A DNA stretch of 64,000 nt from Nitrospiraceae bacterium (GCA_050246315.1 JBFWWG010000017.1:1-64000), one strand, 5' to 3'. Positions 38,812 to 48,896 are shown, counted from the first letter of the stretch. Program-made: numbers and translations. The notes: generated by a model not told the origin, from the sequence alone.

Positions 38812-39989
38812 ACTTCTGGCATGCCTTGCCCAGGCCTATTTTTGGACTTGCCCCGATGGATGGTGTTACCGATGCCGCGTTCCGGTGCATTGTCGCGCAA
38901 CAGGGCCCGCCGGATGTGATGTTTACCGAATTTACCCATGTCACAGATGTCTGCCGTGGAGCGGACGTGACAATGATGCCGCTGATATACGGAGAGAGGG
39001 AGCGTCCCATCGTGGCCCAGCTCTACGGGAAAGACCCGGATCTGTTTTATGTGGCGGTCCAAGTCGTCTGTGAGTTGGGGTTCGACGGCATCGACCTCAA
39101 TATGGGTTGCCCTTCACGCTGCGTCGCCTCCTCCGGATCTGGCGCGGGGTTGATCCGCACGCCGGCTCTGGCGCGGACCATTATCCGAGCCTCTCAACAA
39201 GGCATTGAGGATTGGGCAGAGGGACAGAGCCTGAGAGGTCTGGGGCTCAAACCATCCCGGCTTTCGTTACTTGAACGGATGAATCAGGTGCGGGGCGGCG
39301 CGCCGCCAGCGCGCCGCCGCCTGCCCCTGTCGATCAAGACCCGGCTGGGGTGTGATGATGTGGTCATTGATCAGTGGATCGGGCTTTTACTCGATGAATC
39401 CCCGGCGGCCATTACCATTCACGGGCGCACACTCGCGCAAATGTACCGCGGCGAGGCCGACTGGCGGGCCATCGCACGGGCGGCGGAGGCGGCTCGCGTG
39501 ACGTCCACGCTGATTCTCGGCAACGGAGACATCCGTTCGCTGGATGACGCGGTGCGCCGGATCGACGACAGCGGGGTCCAGGGTGTGCTCGTGGGACGGG
39601 GCACACTCGGAGAGCCGTGGCTGTTTCGGGACAAAGAGACGGCGAGGTGGGGCTTGACCGAACGGAATTCTAGCGACCCACGCCGAAACCTGCATCATCA
39701 AGTATTGCTTACGGAACGGCTTCAGGTTCTCCTGGCTCATGCGCAGGTCTTTGAAGAGCTGTTCGGTCGGTCGCGCTTTCCACATATGCGAAAGCACCTC
39801 GGGTGGTACTGTAAGGGGTTCCCCCATGCGGCCGCCATGCGCGCGCGGATGGTACGAATGAACGGCGCCGACGAGGTGGCTGCCGCGCTCGCCGACCTTA
39901 ATTCCCAGGGCCTCCTTCCGGGCACCTTCGAATGCCGCCACAGGGCCGATCCGGACGCGAAGGAACTCGCGTCGGTTTGTCCAAGCTGA
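38808..39989 (+). CDS. dus: tRNA-dihydrouridine synthase
   Basis: LAPMDGVTD, DLNMGCP, SIKTRLG, IHGRT, GNGDI, MRKHLGWY. Confidence 0.93.
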   Translation: MNFWHALPRPIFGLAPMDGVTDAAFRCIVAQQGPPDVMFTEFTHVTDVCRGADVTMMPLIYGERERPIVAQLYGKDPDLFYVAVQVVCELGFDGIDLNMGCPSRCVASSGSGAGLIRTPALARTIIRASQQGIEDWAEGQSLRGLGLKPSRLSLLERMNQVRGGAPPARRRLPLSIKTRLGCDDVVIDQWIGLLLDESPAAITIHGRTLAQMYRGEADWRAIARAAEAARVTSTLILGNGDIRSLDDAVRRIDDSGVQGVLVGRGTLGEPWLFRDKETARWGLTERNSSDPRRNLHHQVLLTERLQVLLAHAQVFEELFGRSRFPHMRKHLGWYCKGFPHAAAMRARMVRMNGADEVAAALADLNSQGLLPGTFECRHRADPDAKELASVCPS

Positions 39990-39995
39990 GTATCG

Positions 39996-40625
39996 ATGCG
40001 AGTGATTCTGGCTTCTACGTCTCCCCGCCGGCGTGAGCTGCTGGCGTTGTTGGGGCTTCCCTTCGACGTGCAGGCGCCGGCGTTCGATGAGCAGATCATC
40101 CCCGGCCTGTCGGTGATGGACCTGGCTCTAGAGTTTGCACGGAGCAAGGCCCGCGCCGTCGCGCGGCACGCGTCCGGTGCCGCCGTCATTGGGAGCGATA
40201 CCTTGATCGAAATCGATGAGGAAGCCGTGGGGAAGCCCGGGACGATCGCGGATGCACGGGTCATGCTCCGGAGGCTGAAGGGGCGGGAACATCGGATCGT
40301 ATCTGCGGTGGCGGTCTGCCTGTTCGACCGTCGGTTCGAGGAAGCCGCGGTCTCCACGGTACGGGTTTGGATGAAAGACTTGGACGACGCCGATCTGGAT
40401 CGCTACCTCGCTTCACAAGAATGGATCGGGAAAGCCGGCGCCTATGCGATCCAGGGATTCGGGTGTCGATTGATCGAACGGATTGAAGGCGACTATACGG
40501 CCGCTGTGGGGCTTCCGTTGCGCGAGACCGCTGGACTGTTGGAGAAATGCGGGTTGTCCGTTCCGATCGACCTCCGTCAACTGTATCGCTCCCGTCCTTA
40601 TCCCAACTGGTCCCGTTTCGCCTGA
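39996..40625 (+). CDS. maf: Maf-family nucleoside triphosphate pyrophosphatase
   Basis: ILASTSPRRRELL, GSDT, GKP, KAGAYAIQG, VGLP. Confidence 0.95.
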   Translation: MRVILASTSPRRRELLALLGLPFDVQAPAFDEQIIPGLSVMDLALEFARSKARAVARHASGAAVIGSDTLIEIDEEAVGKPGTIADARVMLRRLKGREHRIVSAVAVCLFDRRFEEAAVSTVRVWMKDLDDADLDRYLASQEWIGKAGAYAIQGFGCRLIERIEGDYTAAVGLPLRETAGLLEKCGLSVPIDLRQLYRSRPYPNWSRFA

Positions 40626-40760
40626 GGATTCCGCTGCCGATCCGGCCGGTGTTGGCGGTGCCAGCCACGTTGCAACCCTCACGCTCTTCCCCTACAATGC
40701 GCGCGATTTCATCGGCTGCTCACCTGACTGGTGAGGAGTCTCCAGCCAGGGGAGGCAAGC

Positions 40761-41441
40761 ATGTGCGCTGAGAAGTCTCGACGATCAGATTTATTGGTCG
40801 GCCATGTGTCTGCGGTGTTGTCCGGACTCGCGATCCTGATCGGCGGACTCACGCCGGTTCACGCCATTGACGTGAAATTGTCCATGGCGGAGGCCAAGAA
40901 GGCGTTGGAGGAAGGCCGCGAGCCGATGGAGAAGGCCAATACCGAGGATGAGGTGAAGAAGGTCATGCAACATGCGTCCATGGCCACTCGCGTGGGAGCC
41001 GATCCCGAGAAGGAACCGTGCGGGACGAGCGCGATCTTGCGGACGAAGCGATTCTGGCTGGAGTCGTTCGGCCGGAAGGAAGCCACGGAATCCAAGAAGC
41101 AAAAGACCGAGGTTCGGATGCCGGATGACAAGATTCAGAAGTACCTCGATATGCCGAATTTGGAGGTTGAGGTTCAGTTGTGTGGTCACGATGAATACTT
41201 CGCTGAAGGCGTTCAGGTGGCATTCGGGCAGGGCGCCAAGAACATCACACCGGTAGACATCAGTCCGGCCGAGCGGGGGCGCAAGATCGAATTGGCGGAC
41301 AAAAGCTCGGCCTTTCGGTCTCGGTTCACAGCCCGATTCGCCTATGACACATTTGATCCCAACGCAAAGACGAAAGTGTTTGTGATCTTCCCAGACGGCA
41401 AGATGACCGAGATCGACGCGGATTTTTCGAAAGTGAAATAG
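40761..41441 (+). CDS. Exported hypothetical protein
   Basis: SD ggagg; signal peptide ending VHA; two Cys; Lys/Glu-rich. Confidence 0.75.
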   Translation: MCAEKSRRSDLLVGHVSAVLSGLAILIGGLTPVHAIDVKLSMAEAKKALEEGREPMEKANTEDEVKKVMQHASMATRVGADPEKEPCGTSAILRTKRFWLESFGRKEATESKKQKTEVRMPDDKIQKYLDMPNLEVEVQLCGHDEYFAEGVQVAFGQGAKNITPVDISPAERGRKIELADKSSAFRSRFTARFAYDTFDPNAKTKVFVIFPDGKMTEIDADFSKVK

Positions 41442-41468
41442 GCGCGGTTGTTCCGACGGGTGTTCGGC

Positions 41469-41759
41469 ATGAATGTGCGGCCCCATGTCCAGATGATCAG
41501 CATCGGAACTGCAGTAACCGTCGTGTGTTTGTGCTTGGGTATCCTGATGCAGCTCTTAGGCGTGCCCACCACGTTGTGGGAACTCACCCTTGATCAGGAT
41601 CTCAGTGAAACGGCCTCGCCGGAGGAATTCACGATCCTTCCGAGTGTTCCCGGTCCGCCCTCGACCGACAGTGGTCCTCGGATTGAGGAAATACCCAAAC
41701 GCTTCGCGAATCGGATGTTTGACCTCTCCGTGTTTCGTCCACCTTGTCCCGCCACATAA
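41469..41759 (+). CDS. Small TM protein ending in FRPP (possible arrest/leader peptide)
   Basis: One N-terminal TM, Pro/acid-rich linker, C-terminal SVFRPPCPAT. Confidence 0.55.
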   Translation: MNVRPHVQMISIGTAVTVVCLCLGILMQLLGVPTTLWELTLDQDLSETASPEEFTILPSVPGPPSTDSGPRIEEIPKRFANRMFDLSVFRPPCPAT

Positions 41760-42346
41760 TTGAGTCCGGCAGAGTCGAGTCTGCAGGTTCGTTCCAGCCA
41801 CAGTTCCGTCGGCGGCTGCTGAACGAGAATTCGTCTCGCGCCCGAGGGGCGGTGCGGGTAACAGATCAGTGGCCAGGCCTCTACTGGCAGGTGCGACTCA
41901 GGCACCAGGAGATCAATGAGTGGCGGAGTGCCATGACGGGATCGCGTCAAATAGCTGGGGCACCCGATTTTCGGCGAACACACGTCGCGATACGTCTTCT
42001 CGACGCTTGGTCAGCCATGTATGGTGCATGACATCATGGGACGGAAAGTGCTCTAAGCGATTGACCTGGACGGGATGCTTTCGGAGGGAGCCGATGATTC
42101 GCAGATCGGAGCGCTCCCACCGGGATTGCCCCACAAACGGGTGGCGATGATGGATCTCATGTTGAAACTCAGGCTCAACGCTGCTCCCTACCTGGGTGAT
42201 CCGGAGGTTAGAGCGGATTTGTTGGACCTGACCGATCGGCCGAGCTTTGGACCGTCGGCGCGCCGAAGGCGACAGGCGGGTGCGAGGGGCCATATTCGCT
42301 TTCTCAACTTTCTCCACGGATGTGAAAAGCTGAAAGGAGATCGGTC

Positions 42347-42574
42347 ATGGGGGGGCTTCACCAGGTGTTGTACTGCTCGCTTTGTCGAAAAGTCAGAGAC
42401 ATTCAGGTGGATCAGGTCGATGGCGGAGCGTGGTCCGATCTCGAACCGTACCTCGACCGATATGAGACCCGGTTTTCGGACCTCGTCTTGTCCGAGACGT
42501 TTTGTCCGGGCTGTCTGGTGTTTTATGACCAATTGATGACGTATGGAAAGCCGAGCCATCCAGAAATAGTCTGA
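42347..42574 (+). CDS. Small CxxC...CxxC zinc-binding protein
   Basis: SD aaggaga; CSLCRKVRD...WSDLEPYL...SETFCPGC. Confidence 0.7.
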   Translation: MGGLHQVLYCSLCRKVRDIQVDQVDGGAWSDLEPYLDRYETRFSDLVLSETFCPGCLVFYDQLMTYGKPSHPEIV

Positions 42575-43169
42575 ATGAACCTGTGGTGCTCTGGCCCACG
42601 AGGTGGTGTACGACGCCCCTGTGTCAAGCGGCCGCGATCTGAGCACTGTGGCTGACGAGATGTTGGTGTTCAACATGGTACGGTGTCCGATCATCGAGCA
42701 CGGACCGCAAGTCGTGCCTGTTGGACCATTCGATCCGAGCCCCGATCGCCGGTTCCATCTCCAGCGAGCTGATCAACTGGCGCAGACCCGCCGCTCTGTC
42801 TCCAGCGTGCGCCTCAGGCGGTCCGTATCTGCATTCTCCCATCGATGGTTGTGTCTGGTGATGACCTCGGTGAGGTCCAAGCTTGCCAAGGCCTTCCTGA
42901 CCGTACCGGTGGGGGCTGAGAGCCGGTGGCACTCTTCAGGTGCAGGCCGTGGCCGCGGCTTCCGTGGAGGCCCTGGTGCTGCGCAGCTGCATCGGGTGTG
43001 GCCTGCCACTGCACCCTCTTGGTCTGGAAGCCCGCAGAGTAGCCGCCGATCTTTTTCGTGCCTCAGGCCGAAGGGGTGAGACAGACACCTGGCTGAGGGG
43101 ACAACCGGCACCACTCATGCGGACGGCGCTGCGCGCACCTCTGATTCTGAGCATTCGACTACAACAAGG

Positions 43170-43609
43170 TACGGCCACTGATCTGCAAGCGGTGGTTGAG
43201 GACTTTCGTAGGGTGGCTGAGATTACAGGTGTGCGCGTTCTACGGAACGACCTGCTTGTCGGAAGGCTTCCCGACACCGCACAAGCCGCCGTCCTTGCTA
43301 CCGCGAAGAAAGAGAGTGCTCGGCATGTTCGAGTGGAAGGGCCAGTGATTGAAGGTCGGCTCTGTCGATCCGAAGAGCCAGGCTCGCTACACGAGCGAGC
43401 ACTACGGTCCATCCAGCTCGAACATTCATTTGAGGATGGCTGTGCTCGCGGGTCGTGATGAGCGCGGCATTGCTAGCGTGCCCGAATCCAATGTGAGCGA
43501 TTGGATGGAGCCGACTGCTCGACTTCGAGAGCAGTATCTCCGCCCTCATACTGATCGAGCCCTTCCTTCATCGCCGGTTGAGGTCGTGGTTTGGAAAGTC
43601 GAGAGTTAA
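43170..43609 (+). pseudogene. Frameshifted/nonsense remnant of a possible GIY-YIG-like protein
   Basis: LQAVVEDFRRVAEITG...GRL, frameshift near 43270, then PTPHKPPS...GMFEWKGQ*(TGA 43346)LKVGSVDPKSQARYTSEHY. Confidence 0.5.
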
Positions 43610-43688
43610 TGATGATGTTGCAGCCGAACCTGGCAGTCGGCCGGACGGATAGGAAGCTCGGTGCACTCGGATGGGCGGCTGATTGCCC

Positions 43689-45428
43689 TCATGCGGGGCG
43701 AAGGTCGTCCCCGGTTTGCCGGAGCGTAGAGAGGTAGTGGTAGAGCCCTCGCCGTTCGATCAGTTCCGCATGCGTGCCGGTCTCGACGACGGCGCCTTTA
43801 TCCAGCACGATGATCCGATGGGCTTTCTGTACGGTCGTGAGCCGATGGGCCACGACGAACGTGGTCCGTCCGGTCATCAAACGATCGAGCGCCTGCTGCA
43901 CTAACCGTTCGGATTCGGTGTCGAGCGCAGAGGTTGCCTCATCGAGCAGGAGGACCCGCGGATTCTTGAGAATAGCCCGCGCAATCGCGATCCGCTGCCG
44001 CTGGCCTCCTGAGAGGTTGACGCCCTTCTCGCCGACCACGGTCTGATACCCGTCTGGGAGGCGTGCGATGAACTCGTCCGCCAATGCTGCTTCGCTGGCC
44101 GCCAGCACATCCGCGTCGGTCGCTTCCTCACGCCCGTATCGAATGTTGTCCAAGACCGTCCCGCCGAAGAGCACGGTCTCCTGAGGGACCAGCGCGACCT
44201 GCCGGTACCAACTGTCCAGCCGGATGTGCCTCAGGTCGTGCCCGTCGATGGTGATGGCGCCGCCAGAGGGATCATAAAACCGATGCAGCAGGTTGATCAC
44301 AGTGGTCTTGCCCCCGCCTGTCGGCCCGACCAAGGCGACCACCTCGCCTGGGTTGGCCTCGAAACTCACGTCATGCAGAATGACTTGGCGCGGGTCATAT
44401 TGGAACGAGACATGCTCGAGCCGTATCTCTCCCTGGACTGAAGGCAAATCACAGGCCGTGGGACTGTCTCGTACCTCTGGCTCTGTATCGAGAATCTCGA
44501 AGACTCGCTGCATGGCTCCTTGCGCTTCTTTAACTTGGGCGAACACTCGTGCAGCCGCGCCGAACGGTCCGATGAGTATGCCCGCAAACAGAACGAACGC
44601 GAAGAGGTCGCCGGGAGAGACCTGCCCTTGGATGACCTGCCGGCCTCCGTACCAGAGCACGGCGGCTCCCGCCGCAAACGTGAGCAGGGTGATCGTCGGT
44701 ACGAACACGGCCATGACGACCGCTCGCTTGAGAGCCATGCGGACGACGGCATCCAACGTGGCAGCGAACCGAGCCTCTTCCCAGGATGTCCGGACGAACG
44801 ATTTGACCACGCGGATGCCGGATAACACCTCTTCGATGATCGTTGAGAGTGTGGCCGTGCGATCCTGAATGTTCGTCGAGAGCCGCTTGAGTCGACGTCC
44901 AAAGAATTTGGCCACTACAACCAGCGCGGGAAGCAGCAGGAGTATCAAGACGCAGAGCTGCCAATTGGTCATGAGCAGAAAGGCGATGCCGCCGATCAAG
45001 GTCACGGTCTGCTTGGCCAGGTCGATCGGCGTTTCGGTCGCAATGTTCTGGATGACGCCGATATCGTTCATCAATCTGGATAACAGCTCGCCGGTCCTGC
45101 GTTTGGCGAAAAATCCGAGCGACAGTCCTTCGAGGTGGCGAAAAACATGGCGCCGAAAATCCGCGGTCAGATGCTGCGAAATCCACGCCGCCAGATAGCC
45201 GTGTCCGACTGAAAAGACGCCTTGCACCAGAACGAGCAGGAGAAACAGTGCCAAGAGATGATTCATCTCGGCTTCGTCTCGCTGCACGGTGACGACGTCC
45301 CACAGCCGTCCCACCAGTCGAATCAGCACCAGGTTCACGATCGCGACGACGGCGATCAGGCCCGTGGCCGCGAGCATGCTTGGGACATAGGGCTTGAGAA
45401 ACGGTAGGAACCGACGGTAGTAACTCAT
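43689..45428 (-). CDS. MsbA-like ABC exporter (permease plus ATPase)
   Basis: GPTGGGKTT, LSGGQRQR, LLLDEATSALD, VAHRL. Confidence 0.93.
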   Translation of the reverse strand: MSYYRRFLPFLKPYVPSMLAATGLIAVVAIVNLVLIRLVGRLWDVVTVQRDEAEMNHLLALFLLLVLVQGVFSVGHGYLAAWISQHLTADFRRHVFRHLEGLSLGFFAKRRTGELLSRLMNDIGVIQNIATETPIDLAKQTVTLIGGIAFLLMTNWQLCVLILLLLPALVVVAKFFGRRLKRLSTNIQDRTATLSTIIEEVLSGIRVVKSFVRTSWEEARFAATLDAVVRMALKRAVVMAVFVPTITLLTFAAGAAVLWYGGRQVIQGQVSPGDLFAFVLFAGILIGPFGAAARVFAQVKEAQGAMQRVFEILDTEPEVRDSPTACDLPSVQGEIRLEHVSFQYDPRQVILHDVSFEANPGEVVALVGPTGGGKTTVINLLHRFYDPSGGAITIDGHDLRHIRLDSWYRQVALVPQETVLFGGTVLDNIRYGREEATDADVLAASEAALADEFIARLPDGYQTVVGEKGVNLSGGQRQRIAIARAILKNPRVLLLDEATSALDTESERLVQQALDRLMTGRTTFVVAHRLTTVQKAHRIIVLDKGAVVETGTHAELIERRGLYHYLSTLRQTGDDLRPA

Positions 45429-45530
45429 GCGGTGATCCGGTAGGCCTCGACGGTAGGCGGAGGATGCGGTGGAAAAGGACCGGGATCGGATGCTCGACGC
45501 GGGGGGGATGGCTCGAGCCGGGAGAGCGCC

Positions 45531-45749
45531 TTACAGTTGCGCGATCGACTCGATCAGGTTCTTGTTGATGGCAACGAAATCAGCCTTGTCCTTATCGTTG
45601 ATGAGGACATCCGTCAAGCTGATGAACAGGCGCTGCTCCTCGTTGATAGCATCCGAGACTCGATTGCGCATCGGGGGAATCAGGAAATCGCCGACGTAGG
45701 TGCAATTCACGGTCTTGACCCGGATACGGACCTTCTTCCCTTCAGGCAC
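45531..45749 (-). CDS. Small conserved protein (DUF6812-like)
   Basis: SD gaggaggg before GTG; RVSDAIN...FISLTDV...FVAINK. Confidence 0.7.
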   Translation of the reverse strand: MPEGKKVRIRVKTVNCTYVGDFLIPPMRNRVSDAINEEQRLFISLTDVLINDKDKADFVAINKNLIESIAQL

Positions 45750-45777
45750 GGGACACCCTCCTCTGTAGACCGATGGG

Positions 45778-45873
45778 TTAGCCCTTCCGCCGCAAGAACT
45801 TCTGCTTCTTCCGAAGCTTCTTGTATTTATGCTTCCGCATCTTCTTGCGGCGCTTCTTCAGCACACTCGACAT
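45778..45873 (-). CDS. bS22/AURKAIP1-COX24-type small basic ribosomal protein (31 aa; absent from the ORF track)
   Basis: MSSVLKKRRKKMRKHKYKKLRKKQKFLRRKG with SD gaggag. Confidence 0.88.
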   Translation of the reverse strand: MSSVLKKRRKKMRKHKYKKLRKKQKFLRRKG

Positions 45874-46040
45874 GATCGGCTCCTCGACTAGGGTTACGCT
45901 ATCGGCTTCGGACGGGAAAAGCAAGCAACTCACGAAAGCACGTCCGGCTGCCGAAGGCGGCGTTTGGCGCCGGATGAGGTATCACAGTGCCGGAGTGCTG
46001 TCAAGAAAACGGCGGAGATGGTTCGCGGGGTGTCGCTCCC

Positions 46041-46070
46041 TTGACCCTGCGCAGAAGCGGTTTCTATACT
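46041..46070 (+). promoter_or_regulatory. Sigma70 promoter of the lipoprotein-nadB unit
   Basis: TTGACC-N18-TATACT. Confidence 0.6.
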
Positions 46071-46075
46071 GCCGT

Positions 46076-46594
46076 ATGCCCGGCCGGTTGTCGCGTTCTC
46101 TGCGCCGCGTTCTCTGTCGCTGTGTCGGATTCAGCCTCATTTCTGTTCTCGTCGCGGGATGTGGGAGCAAGGGCCCGGTTTATCAGGAAGATCATCTGCG
46201 CTTCACGCGGATCTATAACGCGGTCGAGTCGCTGCGAAAGGACTACGTCGAGAAGGATCTTCCGGGAATCCGCGATCTCCTTTTGTCCTCCGATCAACTG
46301 GATCAACTCCTGACCGACGCAGAAGCGGATTTCCGTGCCTATGATGCAATTGTGCTGGACCTTGCGATCGAACGGATTCTGATCGACGGGGACCATATCG
46401 ATATGTACGTGCATTGGCAAGGGCAGTGGAAACCGCCCAGTCTGGACGTGCCGATCCGAGAAAGAGGCCACGGGCGCCTCCAATGGGTGGGGAATCAATC
46501 CATCCTCTTGAGGGCCGTAGACGGCGATTTGCCGTTCGGTATGGGCACGCGGCAGATGCGTCTCAATCGGTCCGCTCCACCCGCCGTCAGATAG
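46076..46594 (+). CDS. Hypothetical lipoprotein
   Basis: Lipobox LVAG-C. Confidence 0.75.
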   Translation: MPGRLSRSLRRVLCRCVGFSLISVLVAGCGSKGPVYQEDHLRFTRIYNAVESLRKDYVEKDLPGIRDLLLSSDQLDQLLTDAEADFRAYDAIVLDLAIERILIDGDHIDMYVHWQGQWKPPSLDVPIRERGHGRLQWVGNQSILLRAVDGDLPFGMGTRQMRLNRSAPPAVR

Positions 46595-46616
46595 GATAGG
46601 GATTTTCCCACTCGTG

Positions 46617-48296
46617 ATGACCGGGACGCAGGCCCCAATCACACAGACCGATTTCCTCGTGATCGGCAGCGGCGTGGCCGGCTTGCGCGCAGCTCTGGAA
46701 TTCGGACGAGCCGGGCGCGTACTCATGGTGACGAAGGGCCTCCCGTTTGAGAGCAGCTCCATTTACGCCCAGGGGGGAGTGGCGGTAGCCTTGAGCGAGG
46801 AGGACGATGTCGCCGTCCATCTGCGTGATACGCTTAAGGCCGGTCACGGACTCTGCCGCAAGGAGGCGGTGCGAGTGCTCGTCGAGGAAGGCCCAGCCCG
46901 GATTCACGAGCTGATCCGCTGGGGCGCGCAATTCGATAAGGCGGGAGGCCAGTTTGCCTTTGCTCGAGAGGCGGCCCACAGTCGCAGCCGAATCCTGCGG
47001 GCACGCGGCGATGCCACCGGGAACGAGATGGTCCGGGTGCTCATGGCCGAAGCCCGGCGGTCTCCGCATATCCAATCGATCGACCATTTTTTTACCGTGG
47101 ACTTGGTGGTGGTCGATGGAGGCTGTCGCGGTGCAATCGTGCTGAACGAACTGACCGGAGAAAAATCCGTGATCCCCGCCCGCGCCGTGGTGCTGGCCAC
47201 CGGAGGAGCCGGGCAGGTGTATGCGCGCACCACCAATCCCGCCAGTGCCACCGGAGACGGGATGGCCATGGCGTCTCGCGCCGGTGCGCTGCTGGAGGAT
47301 ATGGAGTTCGTCCAGTTTCATCCGACCGCGCTGTATCTGCCTTCCAGTCCGCCGTTCCTGCTGTCGGAGGCGATCCGCGGAGAGGGGGGGCAATTGCGCA
47401 ACAGCACCGGCGAGCTGTTTATGCATCGCTATCATCCCGACGGCGCACTGGCTCCGCGCGATATCGTGGCGAGAGCCATCTGGGCCGAGATGGCCGCTAC
47501 CCGGGCACGGCATGTCTATCTGGACGTGACGCACTTAAACCCGGACTTCGTCAAACAACGATTTCCGACCATCTACGCCACCTGCCTGCGATACGACATC
47601 GACATGACCGAGGAATGGATTCCGGTCTCACCAAGCGCCCACTATATGATGGGCGGTGTGCGAACGGACCTGAACGGGGCGACGACTGTGCCGGGATTGT
47701 TCGCGGCCGGGGAGGTAGCCTGTAGCGGCGTCCATGGGGCCAATCGACTCGCCAGCAATTCATTGTTGGAGGGGCTGGTGTTTGGAGCGAGGGCGGCGCG
47801 AGCGGCGTTGGCGTCGGCGCGGTTGCCGGTTTCTGCACTTCCGTCTGTCCAGGAGCTGGAGGGTGCCACCCAAGCTCGGCTGGATGACGCTGAAAAATTG
47901 CGCAGCTCTCTGCGGCGGCTTATGTGGGGACGGGTGGGCATCGTTCGAGTAGGTGAGTCATTGGCTAAGGCGGTCGCCCAGCTAACCCGTTGGTCTAAAC
48001 AGGTGGCGAGACCCTTCGGCACGAGGGTCGAGCTCGAGGTGAAAAATCTCGTCCAGGTGGCCTCCTGTATTGGGGAGGCGGCGCTCTGGCGCGAGAACAG
48101 CATCGGGGCGCACTATCGGGCGGATCATCCTCAGGGGCCGAAGGCCAATCCTCACCTGCACAGCCGGATAGTCGATTTGAAGGATGATGCACCTGCTGAA
48201 AGAGGTAGGTCGCGGCCGCCTGCGCCGATTGTCACGCTGCGTAGGCCGCGCACGGACGGTCGGTCAGGGCGTCGGGGGCGTCGGATGGATGGGTGA
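46617..48296 (+). CDS. nadB: L-aspartate oxidase
   Basis: GSGVAG, AQGG, EAAHSRSRI, QFHPT, LSEAIRGEG, GVHGANRLASNSLLE. Confidence 0.95.
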   Translation: MTGTQAPITQTDFLVIGSGVAGLRAALEFGRAGRVLMVTKGLPFESSSIYAQGGVAVALSEEDDVAVHLRDTLKAGHGLCRKEAVRVLVEEGPARIHELIRWGAQFDKAGGQFAFAREAAHSRSRILRARGDATGNEMVRVLMAEARRSPHIQSIDHFFTVDLVVVDGGCRGAIVLNELTGEKSVIPARAVVLATGGAGQVYARTTNPASATGDGMAMASRAGALLEDMEFVQFHPTALYLPSSPPFLLSEAIRGEGGQLRNSTGELFMHRYHPDGALAPRDIVARAIWAEMAATRARHVYLDVTHLNPDFVKQRFPTIYATCLRYDIDMTEEWIPVSPSAHYMMGGVRTDLNGATTVPGLFAAGEVACSGVHGANRLASNSLLEGLVFGARAARAALASARLPVSALPSVQELEGATQARLDDAEKLRSSLRRLMWGRVGIVRVGESLAKAVAQLTRWSKQVARPFGTRVELEVKNLVQVASCIGEAALWRENSIGAHYRADHPQGPKANPHLHSRIVDLKDDAPAERGRSRPPAPIVTLRRPRTDGRSGRRGRRMDG

Positions 48297-48896
48297 GGGC
48301 GTGAGCAAGAATCTCCGATAGAACCGCAGCACCTTCTGCACATACCGCCTGGTTTCGCTGATAGGGGGCAGCGCCTGATAACGATCCACGGCCTGCTCAC
48401 CGGCATTATAGGCTGCCAGCGCCAGCGGTAGATTCCCGTGGAACCGGTCCAGCAGGTATCGCAAGTGTTTCGTTCCTCCGGCAATGTTCTCTTCCGGGTC
48501 AAAGGCATCACGAACGTTGTGTTGAATGGCCGTGTTTGGCATGAGCTGCATCAAGCCCAGCGCACCGGCCCGCGAGACGGCACGCGGGTCGAAATCCGAT
48601 TCCGCCTTGATGATGGCACGGACCAGGGCCGGATGAAGCCGGTGGAGGCGTGCAGACCTTGTAATCACACGATCGAGTTCCTGCACGGGGATCGGGCTAT
48701 GCGAGATCTGAGAAAGAGTCAGGTCGATCCGCCTATAGCGGGCATCGGTCGGGACATTCGTGAGCGAAATCACTCCACGAGCATCGATGTACTGATACAC
48801 CTCTGAGTAGACAGGATCAGCAGAAAGCGGCAACTCTCCCACAGCGATCGAGCAGATGATGGAGAGATGGAGGGTCCACGGCCTTGCATGTGCCAT
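48264..48896 (-). CDS. Lytic transglycosylase (SLT) with a DUF4124-like N-terminus
   Basis: IKAESDF, GALGLMQLMP, AAYNAG, ETRRYV. Confidence 0.92.
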   Translation of the reverse strand: MAHARPWTLHLSIICSIAVGELPLSADPVYSEVYQYIDARGVISLTNVPTDARYRRIDLTLSQISHSPIPVQELDRVITRSARLHRLHPALVRAIIKAESDFDPRAVSRAGALGLMQLMPNTAIQHNVRDAFDPEENIAGGTKHLRYLLDRFHGNLPLALAAYNAGEQAVDRYQALPPISETRRYVQKVLRFYRRFLLTPSPIHPTPPTP

